A DNA stretch of 64,000 nt from an uncultured Thermotogae bacterium (GTDB lineage Bacteria; Bipolaricaulota; Bipolaricaulia; UBA7950; UBA9294): NCBI GenBank assembly GCA_964547105.1, contig CAZJLO010000002.1, positions 40,779 to 104,778 on the forward strand, written 5' to 3'. A model generated the notes under the pieces. It was not told the DNA's origin. It was given only the letters and a program-made list of their open reading frames with translations, and did no database searches. Made by a program: the position numbers and the translations under genes. Each line of letters begins with the position of its first letter. Within the stretch, counting starts at the first letter, position 1. Below, piece after piece: positions 46,369 through 56,206 of this stretch.

Positions 46369-48183
46369 CTAACGAAGGATGGCGATCTTGTCGACAGCGA
46401 CAGAGATCCAGCTACCCTCCACTTCCGCAAGTACCTGATAGACGTAGACGCCGTTCGCCAAGAAGCGTCCGTGCAGATCCTCCGTATGCCAAGCGATTTC
46501 AGCACCTGCGGAGATCTGCTCCCAGATCAACGCGCCGGACAGATCGAATACTTTCACCCACAGTTGATCGACCTCGACCGCCATCGGCCCGACAGCCTCG
46601 AAGTACGCCGTATGAACGTCGCGAATCGGGCTTGGGGCGACGGAAACACTGAGCCCCGCGGCGATCTCCATCGGCAAGGCATCGATGCTGGTCGTTCCAT
46701 GCGGCGGTACGGTGCGTATCGAGTCACATGCGGTGAACTCCTCGCCGCTTGTCTTCGTTCCCTTGAGATAGCCGACTTCGTCTCCGTGTACGAAGTCACA
46801 CTCCTGCGCGATGAAGTGAGCGACCAAGTCGACGAAGCCGTCGCCGTTGACGTCCTCGTACCCGACCTGCGGCACTGGGTTCTTCTTGCCGCGGTAGGCG
46901 ATGGAGTCCTCATCGCCCGTGTGCCCGAACGTCAACGATGTGACATCAACCTCCGTCGTGGCGTCAAACGCCTCGTTGGAGAGGATCGCCACCGGGATCT
47001 TCCCGTTTTGATCGGGGTTGATCGAATTCGGGAAACTGCCTGGCTTGATATCGATCAGAACGGGAGGAGGAGGCGTCGTCTTCTCCAGTGTCAGCAGCGC
47101 CCATAACGTGCTGAGGATGCCGGTCGAACTCCCGTCCCAGTTAGACCGCGGCCAAGAACCGTCGGCGTTCTGGGCATCGCAGATGAGGGTGGTCATCTCA
47201 TCGAACCAGTCGATCGGCGATCCGCCGATCTCGAGTTCCCCAATCTGGTACGCTTCAAACCCCTTCATCAAGCAGTAGGCTGCCAACAGACAGGGCGTCG
47301 AGCCTCCCGATCCCTTCCAGCCAGGGTCAACGTTGAGGTCGTTCCAGTGCAGCTCGATGTAGTCGAGGGCGTCTTGCACGCGTGTGTCATCAACATCGTC
47401 GCCGACGAAGGCAAACTCGAACAGCAGGTTGCCTGTCTTCAGCAGGTTGACCCAGTCATCGGGATCTGTATATCCGGATCCGCCGCTGGCATCGCTCTGG
47501 ATGAAATCAAGCCACCCGCTTAACGCGGCCTTGACACTGTCAACGTTGCACCCCTGTGCCTCGGCATAGCGCAACGCAAGCACCACGAAGCCGGTGTTGG
47601 AGTTGTCGCTAGGTTCGTTGGTGAACCAGTACCGCCACGCGCCGTCTGGATTCTGCGCCATCTTGAAGTACTCGACAATCTCTGACGTGATGTACTCTAG
47701 TGTTTGCGCTCCTGTCCAAGGGTTGGCTCCAGGATGCACATACGTGGGGTTTTTCGCAGCGGTGACGGCCATCAACGCTAGCGCTGTATTGTAGGTCTCG
47801 TGGCCAGCGGTGTTGAAGCAGATTCCGGTTCCACAGGATTCCGCTGCTTCAAGGATGTAATCGAGTCCGGCCATAAAATGGGCATGATAAATGTAGCCGG
47901 CATCGAATGGGCCAGTGATTTCACCTTCCTCGGCGAGTTCGTAGGCGTAGTCTGCGAGCTTGACCACAGCAAAACCTGTGCCGGCGATCGGTTCGTAGTC
48001 ACTCCAATGTCCGTCTGCGTACTGCTGTGTCACCATCCACGCAACGCCGGCCTCAATTGCCGCTTGGATCTCTTCGTCGCTTGCTCCCATCGCCGGCAGC
48101 ATGAGCATCCCGGCCAGGAGAAGCACAAACAGTCCTCCGATGAACTTGCGGATCATGATCAGCCTCCTTGGTATCTTTCCCAT
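46369..48183 (-). CDS. secreted protein with alpha-toroid (prenyltransferase/terpene-cyclase-like) repeats and C-terminal T9SS/FlgD-Ig-like sorting domain
   Basis: 604 aa; signal peptide (likely start MIRKF.. 48156); repeated ..DG.W.. motifs (QYADGHWSD, NPDGAWRYW, NADGSWPRS); C-terminal ..LANGVYVYQVLAEVEGSWISVAVDKIAILR resembles type IX secretion CTD. Confidence 0.55.
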   Translation of the reverse strand: MGKIPRRLIMIRKFIGGLFVLLLAGMLMLPAMGASDEEIQAAIEAGVAWMVTQQYADGHWSDYEPIAGTGFAVVKLADYAYELAEEGEITGPFDAGYIYHAHFMAGLDYILEAAESCGTGICFNTAGHETYNTALALMAVTAAKNPTYVHPGANPWTGAQTLEYITSEIVEYFKMAQNPDGAWRYWFTNEPSDNSNTGFVVLALRYAEAQGCNVDSVKAALSGWLDFIQSDASGGSGYTDPDDWVNLLKTGNLLFEFAFVGDDVDDTRVQDALDYIELHWNDLNVDPGWKGSGGSTPCLLAAYCLMKGFEAYQIGELEIGGSPIDWFDEMTTLICDAQNADGSWPRSNWDGSSTGILSTLWALLTLEKTTPPPPVLIDIKPGSFPNSINPDQNGKIPVAILSNEAFDATTEVDVTSLTFGHTGDEDSIAYRGKKNPVPQVGYEDVNGDGFVDLVAHFIAQECDFVHGDEVGYLKGTKTSGEEFTACDSIRTVPPHGTTSIDALPMEIAAGLSVSVAPSPIRDVHTAYFEAVGPMAVEVDQLWVKVFDLSGALIWEQISAGAEIAWHTEDLHGRFLANGVYVYQVLAEVEGSWISVAVDKIAILR

Positions 48184-48469
48184 GAAGATCCGCTTGGTTT
48201 TCGGTGTGGGATGATCTCAGTGAACCACCTCCTTCGAGGAACAGCGGCGAAGCATAGAGGTGGCAGCAGATGAATGCAGCGCCCGCGATGAGGAATCAGG
48301 GGGCGTGTTGCGTGAACGTCAGTCTGCCTTGTCTGTCCTCAGCGAACAGCATACCACATCACGTGCTCGCAAGAGAAAAAGAGTCATCCCTGTGGAGTAA
48401 CGCAAACACACTCAGCGGAGATCCAAGAAACGACCACGAGAGAATGACGCCTGACGTGCGTCCCGCGTG

Positions 48470-49297
48470 CTACGGATCGACCGGGTCTTCGGCAAGCAGG
48501 GTACCGCGGAAGACGGTGACGGCTTGGCCTCGAAGGCGAACACGGTCTTCCGCAAGCTCGACTTCCAGTGAGCCGCCACGCGGCGAAGCCTGGAACGCTC
48601 TCATCGCCTTCTTCTCGAGAAGACGAGCCCAGTACGGGGTCAGCGCACAGTGAGCGGATCCGGTGACCGGATCCTCGTCGATTCCCACACCGGGAGCAAA
48701 GAAGCGGGACACGAAGTCGAACGGCTCCGAACCTTGTGCCGTGACCATCACACCACGTACGCCGAGGGCAAGAAGAGCAGGGAAATCCGGGCTGAGGGCG
48801 CGGAGGGCTTCCTCCGATTCGATCGCCACCAGGTAATCGAATCGCGATTTGCCCACATAGACGGCTTTGACACCCAGCGCTTGCAGGAGGCCTATGGGGG
48901 GATCGATCTCTTCGGGGAAGGTGGCGGGGAAATCGAGCTCGATCCACGGCCGGTTCGCTTGCATCTGCCTTCGAGCTATAAGCGTCCCACTCAGGGTTTG
49001 GTAGAGAGCGGGTTTGTCGAGCTTCAAAATGCCTTCCTCCCACAAGATGTGCGAGGTGGCAAGCGTGGCATGTCCGCACAGGGCGACTTCGGCTTTGGGG
49101 GTGAACCAGCGCAGGGAGAAGCCATCTTGCTTCGGCAGGACAAACGCCGTTTCCGACAGGTTCATTTCCGCCGCGACCTGTTGCATCCATTGCGCCGAGC
49201 GCTCCTGGGCCTGGTCGTTGAGCAGACATACGGCGGCTGGGTTACCTGCAAACGGGCGATCGGTGAACGCATCGACCTGAAACAACTGTATCGACAT
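48470..49297 (-). CDS. PhzF-family isomerase
   Basis: Start MSIQLFQVDAFT.. with GGGAGG SD; PhzF fold sequence (FQVDAFT, TGSAHCAL). Confidence 0.8.
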   Translation of the reverse strand: MSIQLFQVDAFTDRPFAGNPAAVCLLNDQAQERSAQWMQQVAAEMNLSETAFVLPKQDGFSLRWFTPKAEVALCGHATLATSHILWEEGILKLDKPALYQTLSGTLIARRQMQANRPWIELDFPATFPEEIDPPIGLLQALGVKAVYVGKSRFDYLVAIESEEALRALSPDFPALLALGVRGVMVTAQGSEPFDFVSRFFAPGVGIDEDPVTGSAHCALTPYWARLLEKKAMRAFQASPRGGSLEVELAEDRVRLRGQAVTVFRGTLLAEDPVDP

Positions 49298-49352
49298 GAA
49301 ACCTCCCTCTCTTGTGTCGCGACGATTCCCCTCTGGAACCAACGGAGTTTAG

Positions 49353-50655
49353 CTGGTCCGGGAAGCTCCCGCGCGAGAAGCGTCCGGCCTGGAGATCGGG
49401 TTGGTATTCGCTGCGTACTCCGTTTCGCGTGCGATCCTCGGGCCGTTTGTCGGTCGCCTGTCCGATCAGGTTGGAAGGAAGCCGTTGATCGTGATTGGGT
49501 TGGCCGGATATGCGCTGGTCTGCGTGCTCTACGCCAGTGCCGGGAACCTTTGGGAACTGGGGATCTACCGGTTCATGCAGGGGATCGCTGCGGTGCTGGT
49601 AACGCCGATTGCGCAGGCTTACGTGGGGGACTTGACGCCCAAGGGCCGGGAAGGTCGCTACGCGAACGTGTTCTATGCATCGCAGTTTGTCGGCCTTGCG
49701 ATCGGACCGATGCTCGGAGGCGGGATCGGAGCGGCATGGTCGTACACCGCTACGTTTTTCGTGATGGGCGGGCAAACGATGGTCGCGCTGGTCCTCGTGA
49801 TCGTCACGGTTCCCGCTGATTGCATGCTTCAAACAGCGATTCGAACGGCGCGAGAGCGGATCCGGCGCGGCGCGATCTCGGAGATGAGGAGAGCATTTGG
49901 GGTTCTGCTTCGGAACGATGCCGTGAAATCGATCTGTGCTTACGTTGGGACTCGCGGATTCTGGCGATCCTCGTTCACGACGTTTTATCCGTTGTTTGCC
50001 GCGGCAACGCTCGGGGCAAGCGAAGCGGATGTCGGGATCGTTCTTTCCGCATACATGTTCGCCGAAGCATTCGCTCAAGTGCCCGCCGGTCTTCTCGCCG
50101 ATCGCTTTCCCCGCGTCCGCCAGATCGTCGTTGACAGCGTGCTTGCGCCGCTCGGGTTGCTGGTGATCCCGTTCTTCAATTCAACAGGGACCGATTGTGG
50201 GAGCCGCCGCGTTCATGGGTGTGTCTTTCGCGCTGGGGCGTGCCTCGCTCGTTGCGATTCGAACCGAGCTTGGCAGAACGCATGGCATGGCGACGCCGGC
50301 CGGTTTCCATGGCCGTGCGTTTGCCGGCGGCCAGATGCTGGGCCCGGTCATTAGCGGGGTTGTCGTGGAAGAGAGGTCGGTCTTTCCGTTTGCGTTTCTG
50401 ATCGGCGTGATCGGTTCGATTGCGGTGATCGGATGGACGAATCGCTGGCTGCGACGGGATCCGGCAGCAGCGGCGATGGCCAGATTCCGCCCCAGGCAGC
50501 AGCCCAAGCGAATACGGTTCCAGCTCTGCTGGCCTTGGCTCCAAGAAGCCCCATCCAGCCCACGGCTGACAAGCCAGCAGACGGACCGCCTCCATCTAGT
50601 CCGCGCCGAGGTCCGGTTCGCGTGGCGGGCCGGGAAGCGCCTTGATGGAGAATGA
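49353..50655 (+). pseudogene. MFS transporter remnant (N-terminally truncated, frameshifted)
   Basis: In-frame TAG at 49350-49352 leaves no room for TM1-2. The sequence begins inside an MFS motif (..VFAAYSVSRAILGPFVGRLSDQVGRKP). The frame switches near 50190, where a second ORF (50197-50655) carries the C-terminal TM helices. Confidence 0.6.
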
Positions 50656-51102
50656 CCCGATCGTCGGGTTGACCAGGCGGCCGTAGTCCTCATAGGCGAT
50701 GCGAACGACTTCGGAGTGACTTCCGGCGCTGAACGCGATTTCGAGATCCTCGGCCAATGCGGCCGAGACATAAACCGGCATATTCCACAAGTTGCCGAAC
50801 GGAGGCATTGCCCCAAGATCGCAGTTGGGGAAGAGTTCGCGGAACTCCGCCTCACTCGACAGCGCGACCTCGGACGCGCCGGCTGCCTCACGAAGCCGCT
50901 CAAGATCAACTCGATGCGAAGCGGGGACAACCGCCATTGCCATCTCGCCGTCAAGCTTCACCATCACCGTTTTTGCCAGCTCTTTGCCGGGAATGTGAGC
51001 AAACGCCGCCACTTCCTGCGCGCTGTACCCCGGGGAGTGTTGGATGACTACATATCGAGTTTCGTGTTCGTCGAGAAATGTCTTCAGCTTCTGGACCGGC
51101 AT
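50596..51102 (-). CDS. YbaK/ProX-like aminoacyl-tRNA deacylase domain protein
   Basis: 168 aa; PF04073-like pattern (LAKTVMVKLDGEMAMAVVPASHRVDL..). Confidence 0.6.
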   Translation of the reverse strand: MPVQKLKTFLDEHETRYVVIQHSPGYSAQEVAAFAHIPGKELAKTVMVKLDGEMAMAVVPASHRVDLERLREAAGASEVALSSEAEFRELFPNCDLGAMPPFGNLWNMPVYVSAALAEDLEIAFSAGSHSEVVRIAYEDYGRLVNPTIGSFSIKALPGPPREPDLGAD

Positions 51103-51272
51103 GTCAACCTCCTTTGCAGCTTCGCTCGTTCGGAACTCCCTCGGATCCGAGGCGATCCTTCGGCCAGTTCCGATTCAGTATAAAGGGGGGACGGCTCTGC
51201 AGAGAAGGGGGCGCCGGGGACAGACCGCCAACAACTTGTGCGCAGTGCTCATGATCTGCTAGCCTCCCCTCT

Positions 51273-52016
51273 GTGAGAGGAGGTTCCATGCGAACTCGTG
51301 TGGTTGGGATAGTGATGGTGGCGGCAATAGTCCTCGTGTTCGTGTCGGGTTGTGCCGTATTGGACTGGCTCGACAAGGTTCTCAATCCGCCGCTGAATGA
51401 TGCGGCGCCCACGGCGATCCTCCAGATGGAAGTTGCCGACGTGGCGTACCAGCTTGGCTACAATCCGAATCTTCGTGCGCCGCTCGATGTGCAATTCGAT
51501 GCATCGGACTCGCTGGACTCCAGCGGACAACCGGTGTCGGGCTCCCTGAGCGAGCCCACCGACTTCCTTTGGGATTTCGGGGATGGATCTCCGATGGTCG
51601 GGCCTGAGGCCGATCTGGTGCGCCAGCTTCACCGATTCGTTGACCCAGGCATGTATACCGTGACAGTTACGGCGACTTCGTCTGTAAATGGGCAGACGGA
51701 TTCGGACAGTGTGACGGTGACGGTCGGCGAGCCATGGCTGGATATCATTCGAGAGGACACAGATCCGCAGGTTTCGGGGCAAGTCTTGGTAACCGTTCAC
51801 TTCAGCAACGAGAGCGAGCGTCCTCTCTATGCCGCTGGTGTCTGGCTCTACGATGACGATGGATCGATCGACGGCGCGGTGAAGGATTACGTGGCTCTGG
51901 GGCTGCCGCCATTGGCGCCGATGCAGGATGACAGCATTCAGCTGCTCATCGATCCCCCGAACGGCTTTGTGTGGGCGCGTTCGATGTGGTGCGATCCAAT
52001 TCCGCCCGCTCCGTAG
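51273..52016 (+). CDS. lipoprotein with PKD domain
   Basis: Signal peptide plus lipobox (VFVSGC), WDFGDG PKD signature. Confidence 0.6.
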   Translation: MRGGSMRTRVVGIVMVAAIVLVFVSGCAVLDWLDKVLNPPLNDAAPTAILQMEVADVAYQLGYNPNLRAPLDVQFDASDSLDSSGQPVSGSLSEPTDFLWDFGDGSPMVGPEADLVRQLHRFVDPGMYTVTVTATSSVNGQTDSDSVTVTVGEPWLDIIREDTDPQVSGQVLVTVHFSNESERPLYAAGVWLYDDDGSIDGAVKDYVALGLPPLAPMQDDSIQLLIDPPNGFVWARSMWCDPIPPAP

Positions 52017-52485
52017 TCGGCGGGGCTGCATTCTCTGAGGTGTGGGACGGGAACGGGCTGAGGGGATTAGGAAGCAACGAGTTCGGTCGAGGTTTGAGCT
52101 GACTATCCCCGTCGACTGCCGGTTGTAGATAGAATGATCGCTGCCGTTGTCTGCGATTTCGTTTGCGGGCCATCGGTGACATCCCGCGATCTGTATCGAG
52201 TGGCCTGCTCGGATGATGGAAGCGATACCCGGTCTGCGGCACGGGTCCCGAGCGCGTCGCTGCCGGCGATTGGCTGTTTTGCACGCGATCGGCATCTTGT
52301 AGGCTTCTGGTTCCATGGGATGATCGGCGCGGGCTGCGTTCGTCGGTGCGCGCGAGCAGGATTCGCCCCGACGATCGACGGATCAGTTCAAGGAGATAGA
52401 ACCTGGACGCGCTTCTTGCTTGCGACGATCGATGACGGTACAAGAAGGCAGCAATCCAAATCGTCTAAATGGAGAGGGAGACGCG

Positions 52486-53073
52486 ATGAAGCTGACGACG
52501 GTCTTTGCCGGGGCGCGAAAGCACGGCAACACAGCGACGCTTCTTGGCTGGGCGGAAGACTGCGCCAGAAGCGAAGGGCACATGGTGACACGTGTCAATC
52601 TTGACGGGATGAAGCTGCACGGCTGCCGGGGATGCTACGCATGTGCGCGGCACGAAGACAGGCCGGGGTGCGTACAGCAGGACGATGCATATGCCGTGTA
52701 CCAGGCGATGATTACGGCGGAAGCGCTGTTGTTCGCTACGCCCCTCTACATGTGGAGCTACGTCGGACCGATGAAAATTCTGATGGATCGTTGCCTTGCC
52801 CTTGCCACCGGCTACGCAACCACCGCGCCTCACCGATCGTTGGTTGAAGGGATCCGATCCGCCTTGTTGGTGAGCTGCGGTGGTGGCATCGAACGCAACA
52901 CCGACGCAATCCAACTGAGCTTTCCTCGATGGGAAGGCTACCTGAAGCTTTCGTCACAAGGGATCTGGGTTTTCCCGAACTGCACGACGCCGGACAACCT
53001 TGGTCCGGAGGCAAAGGCCAAAGCACTCCAACTCGCGAATCGATTGCTCGGCCAGGAACGATCCTCGGGATAG
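52486..53073 (+). CDS. flavodoxin-like / NAD(P)H-dependent FMN reductase family protein
   Basis: Start MKLTTVFAGARKHGNTATLL (196 aa); flavodoxin-fold N-terminal motif, Cys-rich loop (CRGCYAC). Confidence 0.6.
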   Translation: MKLTTVFAGARKHGNTATLLGWAEDCARSEGHMVTRVNLDGMKLHGCRGCYACARHEDRPGCVQQDDAYAVYQAMITAEALLFATPLYMWSYVGPMKILMDRCLALATGYATTAPHRSLVEGIRSALLVSCGGGIERNTDAIQLSFPRWEGYLKLSSQGIWVFPNCTTPDNLGPEAKAKALQLANRLLGQERSSG

Positions 53074-53317
53074 ATTGCGTTTTCAGCAGCGGATCGATCC
53101 CGGGTTTCTTTGTCTACGGCCAGGGCGACGGTTGGCTTCGCGTAGCACGAGCAGCCTCGGGCTGCAAGAAGCAAGAACACCGTTTTCTGCTTGATCCTTC
53201 TCGGCAATCCGGATCGCATTCGCGTGCCAATTGGACGAGTGCGCTGTATCTTGACAAGGCGATAGTGTATTAGTACACTAGCACACCATGATCACGCCGA
53301 ACAACTGGAGACTCGAG

Positions 53318-53674
53318 ATGAGCGCCGGCCCGATCTTTGTGCAGATTGGCGCCAATGTCCGGCAGCTGCTTGCGCGAGCCGATCTACTGCCGGGTGACAA
53401 GCTGCCTTCGGCGCGCGATCTCGCCGCAAAGCTGGGAGTGAACCCCAATACGGTCGTGCATGCCTACCGAGAGCTAGAGAGGAGCAAAGTGATCGAGACG
53501 AAGAGGGGCCTGGGAACATTCGTTCGCGAAGATGCTCCGATCGCCGAAATGCGCAGGGAGCTTCTTCGGGCGGCGGCAGTCGGTTTCGCCGACGAGATCC
53601 AGCGGCTGGGCGTGCCTGCGTGGGAAGCGCTCGCCGCCCTGGAGGAGGTTTGGGATGCTGGCAAGGCTGAGTGA
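53318..53674 (+). CDS. GntR-family (YtrA-like, short) transcriptional regulator
   Basis: Start MSAGPIFVQIG..; winged HTH (LPSARDLAAKLGVNPNTVVHAYRELE). Confidence 0.75.
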   Translation: MSAGPIFVQIGANVRQLLARADLLPGDKLPSARDLAAKLGVNPNTVVHAYRELERSKVIETKRGLGTFVREDAPIAEMRRELLRAAAVGFADEIQRLGVPAWEALAALEEVWDAGKAE

Positions 53675-54335
53675 CGTGACAAAGAGATACCTGCGCGGTG
53701 AGGGGCTGCGGAGTGTGACACTGGATTTCCCGGCGGGGGAAGTGGTCGGTGTGCTAGGTCTCAACGGGAGCGGAAAGTCGACAATGCTGAAAATCCTTGC
53801 CGGGTTGCTGGTTCCCTCGGAAGGAACAGCAACGGTATTCGGCGGAGCCCCAAGACGCAATCGTGCTCGCGTGGTCTACTTGGGGGAAACGGATGCGCTC
53901 TGGGCATGGATGACTCCCGCGGACGCGGAGCGGTTCATGGTGGGACTCTATGGCGACTTTGACGTGGTTCGGTTCAACGAACTCCTTGACGGACTCGAGG
54001 TTCCGCGGCGCAAGACCAAGGCAATGTCCAAGGGAGAGCGAGGCCGGCTACGGCTGGCGATGGCGCTGGCAAGAAACGCGCGCCTGTATCTGCTGGACGA
54101 ACCGCTGGCAGGGATCGACCTTCTGTCTCGTGAGAAAATCCTTACCTCGATTGTGAAGGAGTGGCACACAGACGAGACGATCCTCCTCTCTACCCACGAA
54201 GTTGCCGAAGCGGAGGCGCTGTTCGACCGAGTCGTACTCCTTCGCGAAGGACGGCTGGCACTGGATGCAGGTGCCGAACAGCTTCGTAGTGGCGGGCGCA
54301 GTGTAGTGGACGTGTTCCGGGAGGTGTTGTCGTGA
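53655..54335 (+). CDS. ABC transporter ATP-binding protein
   Basis: Start MLARLSD overlapping GntR by 20 nt; Walker A GLNGSGKST, signature MSKGERGRL, Walker B LYLLDEP. Confidence 0.85.
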   Translation: MLARLSDVTKRYLRGEGLRSVTLDFPAGEVVGVLGLNGSGKSTMLKILAGLLVPSEGTATVFGGAPRRNRARVVYLGETDALWAWMTPADAERFMVGLYGDFDVVRFNELLDGLEVPRRKTKAMSKGERGRLRLAMALARNARLYLLDEPLAGIDLLSREKILTSIVKEWHTDETILLSTHEVAEAEALFDRVVLLREGRLALDAGAEQLRSGGRSVVDVFREVLS

Positions 54336-55117
54336 CGTTCTGGAGGCAGTTCAACACGCTGATGTGGGTGGAGGCGCGCCGATCTTGGGTGTGGGCGGTT
54401 GCTCTCGTGGGATCGCTCCTCTTCTGGGCATGGGGGATGAACCAGGTGGATCTGGTCGATCCCGCTGAGCAGCTCGGCGTGCGAGCGATCATCTTGGTGG
54501 TGGCGTGTGGAATCGGCGCGATCGTCCTCTGCTTGATGGTCGGTCGCATCCGCGCGGAGACGCGGCACGGGCAGTACCAGGTGCTGTTGCTGACTCCTCC
54601 CAGTGGATACGTCCATGTTGCCGTCCGCTTCCTGTTCGCGGGGGTCACCGCCATCATCTACTACGTCATTGTCGGCGGATTGGCATGGTGGGCGATCGCG
54701 CAAGCCCATCTCCAGTTGGATGCGGGGAGTGTCGCGCAACTGGTGATCGCCTGTCCGCTCTATGGCGTTGCCGTGGGGATGATCCCTGTTTTGGCGTGGA
54801 CGCTTCTCCTGATGGTGTTCATCAGCTCGTACCGCATTGCGGGACCGGGATGGATTCCCGGCACGGTGATGATCTTGGCGACGCCGTTTCTTGGCCGCTG
54901 GATTGTGGAGGGCATTTGGCGAGTTTCCTACCGTCTCCCCGGCTGGCGGCTGTTCGAGGGGCTGCGTGCGGCAATCGACACGGCGGCATGGGAAGCCGAA
55001 GTGGAGGGATTTCAAGGGGTGTTTGCGTTGCCGCAAGAGCCGTTGTGGATCATGCTTGCCCTCTCGGCACTGATGTTGGCCGTTGCCGGGCGGATCTGGC
55101 AGGAGGTGGAGGGATGA
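54332..55117 (+). CDS. ABC-2-type membrane protein (hypothetical permease)
   Basis: GTG start overlapping ATPase stop; 6 predicted TM helices. Confidence 0.5.
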   Translation: MTFWRQFNTLMWVEARRSWVWAVALVGSLLFWAWGMNQVDLVDPAEQLGVRAIILVVACGIGAIVLCLMVGRIRAETRHGQYQVLLLTPPSGYVHVAVRFLFAGVTAIIYYVIVGGLAWWAIAQAHLQLDAGSVAQLVIACPLYGVAVGMIPVLAWTLLLMVFISSYRIAGPGWIPGTVMILATPFLGRWIVEGIWRVSYRLPGWRLFEGLRAAIDTAAWEAEVEGFQGVFALPQEPLWIMLALSALMLAVAGRIWQEVEG

Positions 55118-55275
55118 CACAGGCTTTCCTGATTGTCGTTCGGATCGCGCTCGTAGCGCTCGTTGGATGGTGGGCGTACAGGCTTTGGTTTGGCACATCG
55201 AGCTGGACGACTCGTGCTGCAGCGGTGGTTTTTTGCGGCGCGCTCGCGTGGCAGATTGTTGGAGGAGCGCTGTGA
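55114..55275 (+). CDS. small two-TM membrane protein (hypothetical)
   Basis: 53 aa MTQAFLIVVRIALVALVGWWAYRLWFG..; ATGA overlap with preceding stop; weak. Confidence 0.25.
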   Translation: MTQAFLIVVRIALVALVGWWAYRLWFGTSSWTTRAAAVVFCGALAWQIVGGAL

Positions 55276-55297
55276 TGGGAATCGGAGCTTGGGAGGG

Positions 55298-56206
55298 ATG
55301 ATGCGAAAGGGTTGGCCAGTGCGTGTAGGGTTCATCTTCGTTGTGGCAATGGCAGGATCGTTGTTGATCCTTACCGGCTGTGACGAATACGGTGGTTCAT
55401 CGTTCCAAGTGGAGCGAAGCGAGGAGATTCCAGTCGAGGCCGTGTCGCCGATGCTGCTCGATGTGGATTCGAGCAATGGGCATGTCACCGTCATCGGTGA
55501 TGACACGGCAACAGGCGTCACAGTGGTCGCCACGCTTCGTGCCAACGGAGACAGCGAGAAGGAAGCCGAGGAGCGCCTTGGACGCATTGTCTATCGCGTT
55601 GAGCAGCAGAATGATCGGGTCCTCATTCTGTTTGATGCCAGTGCCCAGGACGATGACGTGCGGCGCCACGCATCGGTTGACTTCGACATCACCGTACCGA
55701 CGGTCTGTGATGTGCTTGCCGACACGAGTAACGGGGCCATCACGCTGGAAACGATCATCGGAACGGCGAATCTGACAACAAGCAACGGCTCGATTGACGT
55801 GTATGACGTCTCCGGCGATCTGCGGCTGGATACGTCCAATGGACGGATCGACGTGTCGCGTGTAGAAGGAGACATCGATGCTGACACGTCGAACGGCGAG
55901 GTGTGGATCCATCGAACGATCGGACGAGTCATCGCGGAAAGCAGCAATGGCTCGATCCGATTCGAGGGGACCCTCATCGGAGCGGACAACAGCCTAACGA
56001 CCGGGAATGGCAGCGTGACACTTGCGATTGCCGAAGATGCATCAATCGCGATTGAGGCGAGGACGAGCATCGGCTCGATCTCCTCCAGGTTGCTGCTTGA
56101 CGGGGATACGGAAGGGCGAGAGTGGACGGCGACCCTGAACGCACCGACCGATGTTGCCGTCAGTCTGAGAACGACCAATGGCTCGATCCGCATCGAGGGT
56201 ATGTGA
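55298..56206 (+). CDS. lipoprotein with DUF4097 (putative adhesin beta-repeat) domain
   Basis: Start MMRKGW.. signal + LTGC lipobox; repeated ..SNGSI../..TSNGRIDV.. beta-helix-like repeats. Confidence 0.55.
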   Translation: MMRKGWPVRVGFIFVVAMAGSLLILTGCDEYGGSSFQVERSEEIPVEAVSPMLLDVDSSNGHVTVIGDDTATGVTVVATLRANGDSEKEAEERLGRIVYRVEQQNDRVLILFDASAQDDDVRRHASVDFDITVPTVCDVLADTSNGAITLETIIGTANLTTSNGSIDVYDVSGDLRLDTSNGRIDVSRVEGDIDADTSNGEVWIHRTIGRVIAESSNGSIRFEGTLIGADNSLTTGNGSVTLAIAEDASIAIEARTSIGSISSRLLLDGDTEGREWTATLNAPTDVAVSLRTTNGSIRIEGM

